In this document: in pieces, positions 10,484 through 20,237 of the stretch
How positions within the stretch are numbered: position 1 is the first letter of the stretch
How the letters are laid out: the number at the start of each line of letters is the position of its first letter
NCBI GenBank assembly: GCA_034530615.2
Contig: JAVRCV020000003.1
Span: forward strand, 1 to 64,000
Origin: Aulosira sp. ZfuVER01
GTDB taxonomy: Bacteria > Cyanobacteriota > Cyanobacteriia > Cyanobacteriales > Nostocaceae
Direction of reading: 5' to 3'
Length of the DNA stretch: 64,000 nt
The notes under the pieces: generated by a model
Database searches by the model: none
The model's input: only the letters and a program-made list of their open reading frames with translations
Told to the model about the DNA's origin: nothing
Position numbers and translations under genes: made by a program

Positions 10484-11413
10484 TTGGGTGCAATCTTGAC
10501 CAATCTTTTAGAACTATATGTCAAGCTAGTAGGATTAGTCCTATTAGGATTCTTTCTGGGACGTAAGCTACCAAGCACAGTTCCCTCACGTTTAGGTCAG
10601 TTTCTTTTCTACGTGGGAGGGCCGATTAGCATAATTGCTTTTGTACGCCAAGCTGACCTTTCAGGACATATTTGGATTGCACCTGCGATCGCTTACCTCG
10701 CCATTTTCCTAGGGGCATTATTGGCTTGGTTGGCAATTCAAGGGCAAGCCTATTTAACAAATACCAGGCCCCAAAAACCAACTCAGGGTAGTTTGCTTTT
10801 AGCCGCAATGGTGGGTAATACTGGTTATCTTGGCTTTCCCATCATCCTAGCTATGGTAGGACAAAAGTACTTTGCTTGGGCTTTATTCTATGATTTATTA
10901 GGTTCACTCTTTGGGGCTTACGGCTTAGGAGTGGCATTAGCAGCCAATTTCGGACGTAATGTGAGCGATTATTGGCAGATAACTCAGGTAATCTTAATTA
11001 ATCCTGCCCTGTGGAGTTTCGGTTTTGGCTTACTGTTTAGACAGGTAAAAATCCCTTATATAGTTGAATTTTGTTTGGATAAATTGGCTTGGATTGCCGT
11101 TGCTTTATCCCTAGTGTTAATTGGGATGAGACTGTCGCAGTTAAAGTCATGGAAAAGCTTACCACAAGTAGGGATGAGCTTGGCAATTAAAATGCTGGTA
11201 GTTCCCTTAGTTATTGGCAGTACATTACCACTGTTTGGTGTAACTGGTTCAGCCGCCCAGGTAATTGTCCTAGAAATGGCAATGCCGCCAGCGTTTGCCA
11301 CTCTAGTAATTGCCGAAACCTTCAATCTCGATCGCGACTTAGCTGTAACCGCCTTGGCAGCAGGGGTAATAGTATTACTTGTTACATTACCAATTTGGCT
11401 ATGGTTGTTTTAA
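10484..11413 (+). CDS. AEC (auxin efflux carrier) family transporter
   Basis: About 10 TM helices, GNTGYLGFP and EMAMPPAFATLVIAE. Confidence 0.9.
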   Translation: MGAILTNLLELYVKLVGLVLLGFFLGRKLPSTVPSRLGQFLFYVGGPISIIAFVRQADLSGHIWIAPAIAYLAIFLGALLAWLAIQGQAYLTNTRPQKPTQGSLLLAAMVGNTGYLGFPIILAMVGQKYFAWALFYDLLGSLFGAYGLGVALAANFGRNVSDYWQITQVILINPALWSFGFGLLFRQVKIPYIVEFCLDKLAWIAVALSLVLIGMRLSQLKSWKSLPQVGMSLAIKMLVVPLVIGSTLPLFGVTGSAAQVIVLEMAMPPAFATLVIAETFNLDRDLAVTALAAGVIVLLVTLPIWLWLF

Positions 11414-11414
11414 G

Positions 11415-11512
11415 GGCATTGGGCATGGGGCATTGGGCATTGGGGGAAAATTCCTGGCTTTTGACAAATGACATTGGAGAATTTCCCAATCCAAAATCCA
11501 AAATCCAAAATT
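11415..11512. repeat. STRR heptamer repeats between convergent genes
   Basis: gggcatt/gggcatg tandem followed by aatccaa tandem. Confidence 0.75.
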
Positions 11513-11515
11513 GAC

Positions 11516-12052
11516 TCATAGGACGGGTGATGCTTCACCGTGTTGGCTAAACTTTGCTGCTAGTTCAGCGGGGTTAGTGTATTCATAGGGTTCAAAGGGT
11601 TGGTGAATCCAGGGGTTATCTGAGAGGTAGTCAACATAGTAATCAGGTTCTATAACTGAGCAAGCTTTATACCAAAGTACAGCAGTACGAATTTCGGCGA
11701 TCGCAAACTCAGGCTTTTGCTGTAGCCAAGGGATAGTCTCTTTGAGTGTGACTCCAGAATCTACAAGGTCATCGACTAATAGAACCTGGGAACCTAAAGT
11801 TTCAGTGGTCATGGTTAAATGGCGAGAAAAGGTTAACGAACCCCTTTCTTGCTTGCCTGGTCCACTGTAAGATGATGTTGCTAAAATTGCCAGCGGTTGC
11901 TGGTATATACGGGATAAAATATCTCCTACTCGCAGTCCGCCTCTGGCAAGACAGACAATCTGGTTAAATTCCCAACCCGATTGATAAATCTGAGCAGCCA
12001 GTTGTTCAATTTTTTGGTGATAATCTGACCAAGAAACGTAAAGGTCTGGCAT
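11516..12052 (-). CDS. type I phosphoribosyltransferase (purine PRT-like)
   Basis: CLARGG, PRPP motif VLLVDDLVDSGVT and WIHQPFE. Confidence 0.9.
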   Translation of the reverse strand: MPDLYVSWSDYHQKIEQLAAQIYQSGWEFNQIVCLARGGLRVGDILSRIYQQPLAILATSSYSGPGKQERGSLTFSRHLTMTTETLGSQVLLVDDLVDSGVTLKETIPWLQQKPEFAIAEIRTAVLWYKACSVIEPDYYVDYLSDNPWIHQPFEPYEYTNPAELAAKFSQHGEASPVL

Positions 12053-12123
12053 AACGGAAGTAATTTTTAGCTAATACTGAAGGCAAATGCAAACTCTCTA
12101 TTTTAGTATGAGCGCAAGATATT

Positions 12124-13545
12124 ATGAATGATTCTGCCGCTGATGGTTCTGTTCAAAGTGAAAAACTGCCATTTAAAACCAAACTAGCCTATGGTGCAGG
12201 GGATTTAGGCCCGGCGATTACGGCAAATATTTCGATATTTTTCCTGCTGGTTTTCTTTACGAATGTCGCTGGTATCCCGGCGGGTTTGGCTGGCAGTATT
12301 TTGATGGTTGGTAAAATTTGGGATGCAGTCAACGATCCGTTTGTCGGTTTTTTGACTGACAAAACGAAATCTCGTCGCTGGGGCCGTCGTCTGCCTTGGC
12401 TATTATATGGCGCGATTCCCTTTGGAGTTTTCTTTTTCTTGCAGTGGATTGTACCGCCCTTGAGCGTTTGGGGTTTGTTTTGGTATTACGTAGTCATTGG
12501 GATGATATCTCAGGTGTTTTACACCGTTGTCAATTTGCCTTATACGGCAATGACACCAGAACTCACGCAAGATTATGACGAACGTACCAGCCTCAACAGC
12601 TTTCGCTTTACCTTTTCCATCGGTGGCAGTATTCTATCGTTGATTTTTTCCAAAATCGTCTTTTCCTTCATTAGCGATCGCACACAACAATATTTAGTCT
12701 TAGCAGCAATCTGTACTGTAATTTCGGTAGCGTCGTTGTATTGGTGCGTTTATGGTACGCGCGATCGCATTTTGGCATTTGAGGCTAAACGCATCCAAAT
12801 AGAAGAACCCCCATCTCTTCCCTTCATTGAACAAATAAAAATTGCCTTTAGTAACCGACCTTTTCTGTTCGTTATTGGTATATATCTTTGTTCTTGGCTA
12901 GGCGTACAGATTACCGCCAGCATTATTCCTTATTTTGTTGTTTACTGTATGCGCCTGCAAGAAGCAGATGTCCCTACAGTCATGATTGCAGTCCAAGGCA
13001 CAGCTTTGTTGATGCTTTTTTTCTGGAGTAATTTAAGTAAAAAAGTTGGTAAGAAAGTTGTTTATTTTCTGGGAATGAGTTTATGGATAATCGCCGCCGC
13101 CGGACTCTATTACTTACAACCTGGTCAAATAGGTTTAATGTATGTCATGGCAGTCATGGCAGGTTTTGGAGTGTCTACAGCTTATCTAGTTCCTTGGTCG
13201 ATGATTCCAGATGTCATTGAATTAGATGAACTTCAAACAGGACAACGCCGCGAAGGAGTTTTTTATGGCTTTATGGTGTTGCTGCAAAAATTTGGTTTAG
13301 CTTTTGGTTTATTTTTAGTAGGAAACGCTTTGCAAGCATACGGTTTTAAAGAAGCTGTAGCCGGACAAACTGGACTACCCACGCAACCTGAATCAGCATT
13401 ATTAGCTATCCGCCTAGCCGTTGGCCCCTTACCTACAATTTGTTTGATTGCTGGTTTATTTTTAACGTATTTTTATCCAATTACTCGGGAGATGCACGCC
13501 GAAATGATGCTGAAACTCAAACAGCGGCGAGAGCAGATTGAGTAA
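12124..13545 (+). CDS. MFS transporter, glycoside-pentoside-hexuronide (MelB-like) family
   Basis: KLAYGAGDLG, WDAVNDP, WGRRLPW, PYTAMTPELTQDYDERTSL and TGQRREG. Confidence 0.92.
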   Translation: MNDSAADGSVQSEKLPFKTKLAYGAGDLGPAITANISIFFLLVFFTNVAGIPAGLAGSILMVGKIWDAVNDPFVGFLTDKTKSRRWGRRLPWLLYGAIPFGVFFFLQWIVPPLSVWGLFWYYVVIGMISQVFYTVVNLPYTAMTPELTQDYDERTSLNSFRFTFSIGGSILSLIFSKIVFSFISDRTQQYLVLAAICTVISVASLYWCVYGTRDRILAFEAKRIQIEEPPSLPFIEQIKIAFSNRPFLFVIGIYLCSWLGVQITASIIPYFVVYCMRLQEADVPTVMIAVQGTALLMLFFWSNLSKKVGKKVVYFLGMSLWIIAAAGLYYLQPGQIGLMYVMAVMAGFGVSTAYLVPWSMIPDVIELDELQTGQRREGVFYGFMVLLQKFGLAFGLFLVGNALQAYGFKEAVAGQTGLPTQPESALLAIRLAVGPLPTICLIAGLFLTYFYPITREMHAEMMLKLKQRREQIE

Positions 13546-13633
13546 TTTTTCAAATAAAAGAATGTGCTTTATGGGCGGAGTTTCCCCGCCCTTTACCTTA
13601 TACAAATTGCTATTAATTACACAGGACAAAGTA

Positions 13634-14368
13634 ATGCTAGAAAGCCTGACAAAACCTTCATCAATTTCCCCAGCAACAGATACAGAAATTTTGGCTTACC
13701 TGCGTCGCGTTCACAAAATAGCTGACATTGCTGCTTTAGCAGAACGAGATACTCTAGTTTTAAGGGCTTGCGAGGAGTTTAAGATTAAAGTTACCAATGA
13801 AGAATTACAAGCAGCCGGAGATGCATTTCGTCTAGAACACAAGCTGTTGGGAGCATCAGAAACCCTCAACTGGCTATCTCAGCAGCGCATCTCTGTAGAA
13901 GATTGGTCTTTGGGAATCAAAATTGAACTGCTCACCAAAAAGCTGAAAGAATATCTGTTTGGCATGGAAGTCGATGCTGATTATATGAAAAACCGCGATC
14001 GCTATCGACAAGTGATACTATCTCAGATTTTAGTACCTGACTTATCTGATGCCTTAAAAATTGTCCACTTAATTCAAAAAGAAAATGCTTCTTTTGCTGC
14101 CCTAGCCGTAGAGTATTCTCAAGATCAACTCTCTCTAGAAAATGGCGGTTTTGTTGGCTTGTGTTTGCTAGTAGAATTGATACCAGAAATTGTCCAAGCT
14201 ATTACCGATGCTGTAGCAGGACAAGTCATAGGGCCAATTCCCACCAAACTTGGTCATCACATTCTCAGAGTTGAAAAGTGGTTACATCCTGAATTGAGTA
14301 ATTCAGCCAGGGAAAATATTTTAGAATCTCTGTTTCAAGTTTGGCTGCATAATTCAACCGCGCATTAA
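13634..14368 (+). CDS. PpiC/parvulin-like peptidylprolyl isomerase (type often found next to peptide-exporting ABC transporters)
   Basis: EELQAAGDAFRLEHKL, FAALAVEYS, ENGGFVG and IGPIPTKLGHHILRVEKW. ATG 13634 preferred. Confidence 0.8.
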   Translation: MLESLTKPSSISPATDTEILAYLRRVHKIADIAALAERDTLVLRACEEFKIKVTNEELQAAGDAFRLEHKLLGASETLNWLSQQRISVEDWSLGIKIELLTKKLKEYLFGMEVDADYMKNRDRYRQVILSQILVPDLSDALKIVHLIQKENASFAALAVEYSQDQLSLENGGFVGLCLLVELIPEIVQAITDAVAGQVIGPIPTKLGHHILRVEKWLHPELSNSARENILESLFQVWLHNSTAH

Positions 14369-14436
14369 CAAATTGTTGCCGTTTATCGGCGGTTCATTTC
14401 ATTAATTTGAAATCTCTCAATTGTGCCAGCGATTGA

Positions 14437-14521
14437 TATATTTGTCCCCTTGCGGGATAAGTTTTGCTGCTGGATTCGAGAAAACATTCGCTGAGTTGTT
14501 TCAGTCTCCTTGCGGGGTAAT
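14437..14521 (-). CRISPR. two degenerate leader-distal CRISPR repeat remnants
   Basis: tttgtccccttgcgggataa (14441-14460) and gtttcagtctccttgcggggtaat (14498-14521) match the array repeat; the second is cut off by a MITE. Confidence 0.7.
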
Positions 14522-14783
14522 ACCAATTCACGAAAATCATGATAGAGATAGATTTTTTGTAGGGGTTTAGCATTGCTCATACGTGTCAAATTAACGTGAA
14601 AGGCTTTGTCAATCAGGATATTTGATCCCCCAACCCCCTTAAAAAGGGGGCTAAGATTCTAATATAATTCCCCCTTTTTTAAGGGGGATCAAAAGTTTAT
14701 GGTGCTAAGAGACAGAACCTCAAAGACTTACGCTGTATGCATCTACGCTTAAATTGACACAGGTGAGCATTGCTAAACCCTCT
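14520..14783. mobile_element. family A element interrupted by a family B MITE
   Basis: ataccaattcacgaaaatcatgatagagatagattttttgtaggggtttagcattgct...agcattgctaaaccctcta closely matches the reverse complement of the right part of 4636-4742. Confidence 0.7.
14578..14765. mobile_element. MITE family B, 188 bp, 9-bp target duplication
   Basis: Imperfect TIRs catacgtgtcaaattaa / ttaaattgacacaggtg, flanked by agcattgct at 14569-14577 and 14766-14774; homologous to 37624-37821. Confidence 0.85.
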
Positions 14784-14823
14784 ATTACTTCCACTGTTCC
14801 TATTTAAAGTTACGGATATTGAT

Positions 14824-15968
14824 GTTTCAATCCCCTTGCGGGGTAATTGTTGTTTGAAACTGATCACTGGTTTCAATAGCTCCTCATCGCCTGCTAAGTT
14901 TCAATCCCCTTGCGGGGTAATTTTTGTTTGAAACCGAATCGCTCCCTGCGGTTCCATTAACATCAGCTGGTTTCAATCCCCTTGCGGGGTAGTTGTTGTT
15001 TGAAACATTAACGCTGCTGACCTGCGAAATCAAGCATCACCAGAGTTTCAATCCCCTTGCGGGGTAATTGTTGTTTGAAACGTGACGCCATTACTAGCTA
15101 AAAACGTATTAGCCGCGTTTCAATCCCCTTGCGGGGTAATTGTTGTTTGAAACTCCAGTAAATGCTACGTCGAGAGTATTATATAGCAGTTTCAATCCCC
15201 TTGCGGGGTAATTGTTGTTTGAAACTTTGGGTCGATTTTTAGTAGGGTTTTAGTAGCGGTTTAGGTTTCAATCCCCTTGCGGGGTAATTGTTGTTTGAAA
15301 CTTGATTGCGCCAGCTAAACTAGTTGCTATAATTGCTAGTTTCAATCCCCTTGCGGGGTAATTGTTGTTTGAAACCGGTGGAAGTAGAATTAAAGCGCAT
15401 TATTGGCGAGTTTCAATCCCCTTGCGGGGTAATTGTTGTTTGAAACTTAATTGATTGGAATCAAGGAGCAAAGCATTACTATTCTTGTTTCAATCCCCTT
15501 GCGGGGTAATTGTTGTTTGAAACTTATTCTTTGCCTGTAAGCTCTTTGTTTTTCGGCATGTTTCAATCCCCTTGCGGGGTAATTGTTGTTTGAAACACAT
15601 GATGAATATGCGCATCTAAAGATTTAAAGCGATGTTTCAATCCCCTTGCGGGGTAATTGTTGTTTGAAACTTTGGGCAGCGATCGCTATTTTTTGGATGA
15701 GATATTGATGTTTCAATCCCCTTGCGGGGTAATTGTTGTTTGAAACCATTTTTCTGTGAATTCGCTAAATGTCATAATTGGTTGTTTCAATCCCCTTGCG
15801 GGGTAATTGTTGTTTGAAACCTGAATAATCGGTTTCACAAACTCCAGTAATAATCGCATGTTTCAATCCCCTTGCGGGGTAATTGTTGTTTGAAACTCTA
15901 CAGCTTGTGTTATCCCATCAAGGATCTCAAAGTTTCAATCCCCTTGCGGGGTAATTGTTGTTTGAAAC
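14824..15968 (-). CRISPR. CRISPR array, 16 repeats of 37 bp and 15 spacers of 34-40 bp; no cas genes in the window
   Basis: Plus-strand repeat GTTTCAATCCCCTTGCGGGGTAATTGTTGTTTGAAAC. On the minus strand it reads GTTTCAAACAACAATTACCCCGCAAGGGGATTGAAAC, with a CCCC/GGGG hairpin followed by an 8-nt ATTGAAAC handle. Variant repeats (14898, 14970) lie at the left end. Confidence 0.98.
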
Positions 15969-16170
15969 AGCTGGGTTCTGAAACTTAACAATAGCAAGCT
16001 TCCTGGGAAGAGTTTTGACGGGTCGAAAATTATGGTCATTTTTAGCCGACCTTATTGCAATTATTTTGCATCTTCCCAAATCTCTTAAACGCTATAATTA
16101 TTGCTTTGTCAAGGTTCTGGCGATTTTGGCAGATCCCCTAGGGTTTTTGCCCCCGCTTTGATTTGCCAAA
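15969..16170 (-). promoter_or_regulatory. putative CRISPR leader
   Basis: Non-coding region next to the consensus end of the array, containing the inverted repeat tttggcagatc...gatttgccaaa. Confidence 0.7.
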
Positions 16171-16231
16171 CATCAAGCTAATAACTAATCATAAGATCTT
16201 CATCAATTATTGTCGAGATGTATTTCAATCT

Positions 16232-16370
16232 GCGCAAAATACGGAAACAGGAACCCTGATGCTAATTCAAGGAACCCTGATGTTAATTCCGGGTACGCGA
16301 AACACGGAAACGGGAACCCTGAAATTAATTCAAGGAACCCTGATGTTGCTTCAGGCTTCCTTGAAGTTGC
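16232..16370. repeat. 21-bp periodic tandem repeat organised as two 63-bp units
   Basis: Four copies of ggaaccctga; units gcgcaaaatacggaaacaggaaccctgatgctaattcaaggaaccctgatgtt (16232) and acgcgaaacacggaaacgggaaccctgaaattaattcaaggaaccctgatgtt (16295). Confidence 0.8.
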
Positions 16371-16570
16371 TATCACTTGCTTATTTGCAAAATATTTTTT
16401 GCGTAAATGCGATCGCACAGCAGATGAAAAACGATTGCAAAGGCAATAGTAATTGGGCATTGTCCCCGCTTACCAGACTCACTGCCTTTATTGGGATTGA
16501 CGCTTAATTCTAAATCTGCTAAGATAAAATCGATAAGGAAGAACTATACTAAATATGTTTATAGCGAAAC

Positions 16571-16603
16571 AAAAAACCGCTTGCTGAATGGCAAGCGGTT
16601 TTT
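16571..16603 (-). terminator. intrinsic terminator (possibly bidirectional) after the DUF1517 gene
   Basis: aaaaaaccgcttgc-tgaatg-gcaagcggttttt. Confidence 0.8.
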
Positions 16604-16628
16604 ATGCTGTTATCGCAGCTTGATTTAA

Positions 16629-17609
16629 TTAAACAAGCTTCAAATCAGGATACTCAGCTAACAAATCATCAGAAGTGAGAGTATCACCTTCAGCTTGAGG
16701 AGTCCAAAGCACCTCTATCGCCAAAGTTTGCTCGCTAGGAATACCACCAATTTGACGCAAAGCTTGACGCAAATCATCAGCACTGTTAATTGCGGGAATT
16801 GCATACTTGCCTAGAGTCGCTACCAACAAGGTAACGATAATATATTCTCCAGGACCAGAAGTAATGAGATCGGTGGGATTTTCTGGATTTACACCACCAG
16901 GTAGAGCTTCTTTAGCCAGTGCTGCTCTGAGTTGGTTGTTGACATTAGATAGGGTTTCTTCGCTAAATTTGCTGCGTTCTGCTAGGGAGAGACGATTGAA
17001 TTGAGCCTCAGCAGAATTCAACTTAGCTTGCTGTGTACCGCCACCAACATATACCCAGTACTCTGGATGGCGGAGCAATGCCAGGCTAGTTTCTTGGAGA
17101 ATTTCTGCTCTTCCCTGTGGGGAATTGGTATCAGCAGTTTCGGCAATGCGATCGAGTTCAGTTTGTAAACCACGCGCCTGAGCTAATAAACCCACTTGCA
17201 AACGAGTTACAGATACAGGAGGATTGCTGCTGTAGCCTACTTCGTTTGTTGTATCGCCACTGCTAGCGCGGCGGAAAGATTGAACTAAGAAATTAGCGAT
17301 CGCAATAAAAATTAAGATGGTAAACAACCCGCCAAATCCTCCACCGATACCCCAGAAAGGAATCAGGAAAGGAAATCCAAAACCACCACCAGGGTAAGGA
17401 GCATAGTATCCTCCCCCACCAGGAGGTGCGTAGGTGCGAGGTGTGTAAGTGCGGCTAGAAGGCACTCTAAAAGAACCACCGCCGATTCTACCACCACTAC
17501 GGGCGGCTAATGCTCCATCGGCGTGACCAAGTGCCAAAGCTAACACCAGGCTCAGGACAAAGAAAGTTTTTAACAGCGGTTTGATCGCTTGTTGTAGTTT
17601 TTTACGCAT
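16629..17609 (-). CDS. DUF1517 protein (FLAP1-like)
   Basis: ARSGGRIGGGSF, LQVGLLA, LALLRHPEYW, ERSKFSEET and EVLWTPQAEGDTL. The likely start is ATG 17609 (MRKKLQ). Confidence 0.9.
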   Translation of the reverse strand: MRKKLQQAIKPLLKTFFVLSLVLALALGHADGALAARSGGRIGGGSFRVPSSRTYTPRTYAPPGGGGYYAPYPGGGFGFPFLIPFWGIGGGFGGLFTILIFIAIANFLVQSFRRASSGDTTNEVGYSSNPPVSVTRLQVGLLAQARGLQTELDRIAETADTNSPQGRAEILQETSLALLRHPEYWVYVGGGTQQAKLNSAEAQFNRLSLAERSKFSEETLSNVNNQLRAALAKEALPGGVNPENPTDLITSGPGEYIIVTLLVATLGKYAIPAINSADDLRQALRQIGGIPSEQTLAIEVLWTPQAEGDTLTSDDLLAEYPDLKLV

Positions 17610-18918
17610 AATACAGTCGCTTGAAAAACGGTATTGGTGATGATTTCTCCCAATGCTCGTAGGAGAGTTGTGCTTGGTCAGTAACGCCAGCCCGTAGCAA
17701 GCAAGCGAGTTTTTGATTGGCAGTAGCTCTCTGTAACATTCTGCTTTTTCGGCTACATATTCAATGTACCGTGTCTTATCTTGCCTAGGCAGCAAGCTTA
17801 GGGGGGATTTCTTGAGTAGATAACCGTACCTTAAATCTTTTCTCTAATGTAGGAATTTTGGGATCAATTAATCATTACCCTAGCGATCGCGGCTCACCGA
17901 AACAGTGCTGAGTAACGAGTGAGATCCTCACTTATGACTCAGCACTCAGCACTCAGTTATCCTGAAATCTACCTAAAGAGAGACTTATCATTCAAACTAT
18001 AGTCAGAACAAGGTTTGATTGTTTTTGCACAGATACAGCAAGCACAACTTATCTAGTTAACTAACGGGAGGTACTACAGGCTTCATACCCACAAACTTGT
18101 CTGAGACTGACAACCAGAGACTTTTTGGCATTTTGGCATAATTGTGAGTGATTTTCAGGATAGCCTATTGCTAGAAACTAAATTTAGCAATTACCACAAT
18201 AGTCTATGAGCAATTGATTTAGCTGGCAGTACCAAACTTTAATGCTTGTTAATCAGGTAGACGAATTTTATGTGGTGAGGAATTAAAATCAAAAAATAAC
18301 AACAGCAACATTAAAAATAAAATCTTCCCAACTACTGTTCTCAAATACTGCTGAAATTTGTATACTCCTATCGCTTAAACAAGGATTTAGAATGATGTTT
18401 CTACAGCCTATGTATTATCAAGTGATAACTATTTTTACAAATCTGCTTGCTATGCTTGAAGTAAGTACTGATAGTAAACAATAATGTAGATTCCGCGTTT
18501 TTACAGGCTAGCAATTGGCGAAGATGATAAAACAGTAGAAAATTAGATACAGATATAGCAAATTCCTTATGGTAATTATAGAAAAGGATGTTTGCGCAAA
18601 ATCTAGTGTATGTGGCTTAGGCGGCAAGCTACTCACGCTACGTGTTACCACTCAGGGGAGTCACCGTGTCAGCGATTTCCCTGACTAGCTAAATTACTTA
18701 CTTGCTCTCGTAGAATTCAGGAGAGTAAGATGTGACTGGCGTTAATAAATCACGCATCCTGTTGTGTCCTTTAGTTCCCTCTCGAGTTGTCTTGAGAAAA
18801 TTCTGAATTCACCAAAATTACAGCACAAGGACAGCAGTAAATTAGTGCTAATTTCTTCGTCTTAGTTGAGAGTATGAAAACTTAAAAATTATTAGCAATA
18901 TAGTTAGAAAACTTAATT

Positions 18919-20112
18919 ATGGAACATATTTCACAACTGGCGGCAAATGTTCGCGAAAAAACTGCCTTCCCCGATATTCTAGTTATCTCTCGCAGCTTTC
19001 TACCAAAAGAAGCTGTAATTAGTGAGTATATATATAATCGTTGTCTGCAAGATCCAGAACGAGTAATTGTTCTCGCTGCTGCTTGCTCAGGCGATAAAGT
19101 ATTCGATCGAGATCAAAAATTCCCTATATATCGCTGGCCAATTATTAGAGATTGGAGTTTTCTCAATCCTTGCTTCAATCTCATCTATTCATTTGTACTG
19201 GCAATTAAATTATATTTTCGCTATCACTATCGCTATATTGAGTGGGGACATGGCTACGAGTTTCCATCACTTTTACTCCTCAGCTATTTCCTCCCTATTC
19301 GCTTTTTTATCTATCTTCACGGTAATGATATTCTTTGTGGTTTACGCAATCCTTTATGGCGATCGCTATTTAAATTGACGCTTAAACGAGCTGAAGGGAT
19401 TGTTTGTAACAGTTCTTTTACACAAGATTACCTCAGAGCTAGCTTGCGATTGGATACCCCTACCCATGTCATTAACCCAATGGTTAGGCCAGAGAAATTT
19501 AGCCAAGTACCAAGTCAAGGTAATCTGGGTAATTTACGTGCAAGCGTGCGCCAAATGTACAACATTCCAGAGACAGCAGTAGTTATTCTCTCGGTGGGAC
19601 AGCTGGTTAAGCATAAAAGCTTTAACCGTGTAATTGACAATTTGCCCCTACTACTAACTGTTGGGGTAGATGTCCACTATATAATTTGTGGACAAGGCCC
19701 TTGTGAAGCGGAACTGAAATCTCTAGCACATCGCTTGCGAGTAGATCAAAGGGTACACTTTGCTGGATATATACCCGATCGCGAATTAGCTGGCTATTAT
19801 GCAGCCTGTGATATATTTGCCATCCTCAATCTCGTGAATACAAAAGCTAGTAATATAGAGGGTTTTGGGATAGTTTACCTAGAAGCGAGTTACTTTGGTA
19901 AACCCGTGATTGCTTCTCGTTTAGGCGGTGTCATCGATGCAATTCACCACGAAGAGAACGGCATACTAGTTAACCCTAATTCTGGTTATGAAGTCTTCCA
20001 GGCTTTCAATCGCTTGTGTAAAGATCAACCGCTACGCGAACAACTCGGTCGTAAAGGTAAAGAATTAGCCCAGCGGAAGACCTTTCACCGTTCGTTGTAC
20101 AAGTCAGAATGA
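18919..20112 (+). CDS. glycosyltransferase family 4
   Basis: YLHGND, LSVGQLVKHK and EGFGIVYLEASYFGKPVIASRLGG. Confidence 0.92.
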   Translation: MEHISQLAANVREKTAFPDILVISRSFLPKEAVISEYIYNRCLQDPERVIVLAAACSGDKVFDRDQKFPIYRWPIIRDWSFLNPCFNLIYSFVLAIKLYFRYHYRYIEWGHGYEFPSLLLLSYFLPIRFFIYLHGNDILCGLRNPLWRSLFKLTLKRAEGIVCNSSFTQDYLRASLRLDTPTHVINPMVRPEKFSQVPSQGNLGNLRASVRQMYNIPETAVVILSVGQLVKHKSFNRVIDNLPLLLTVGVDVHYIICGQGPCEAELKSLAHRLRVDQRVHFAGYIPDRELAGYYAACDIFAILNLVNTKASNIEGFGIVYLEASYFGKPVIASRLGGVIDAIHHEENGILVNPNSGYEVFQAFNRLCKDQPLREQLGRKGKELAQRKTFHRSLYKSE

Positions 20113-20237
20113 GGGAGTAGGGGGATAAGGAAGATAAGGGAGACAAAGGGACGCGGGGACGGGGAGAAATAATAAATGGCAAAGGACAAATGACATTAGA
20201 AAATTTCCCAATCTAAAATCCAAAATCCAAAATTGAT

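Noticed and set aside
14383..14589. 68-aa ORF at the CRISPR trailer
   Set aside because: Made of MITE and degenerate repeat sequence.
16163..16507. Three overlapping ORFs of 79-114 aa beside the CRISPR leader as possible cas or anti-CRISPR genes
   Set aside because: They stay open because of the 21-bp repeat and show no Cas motifs.
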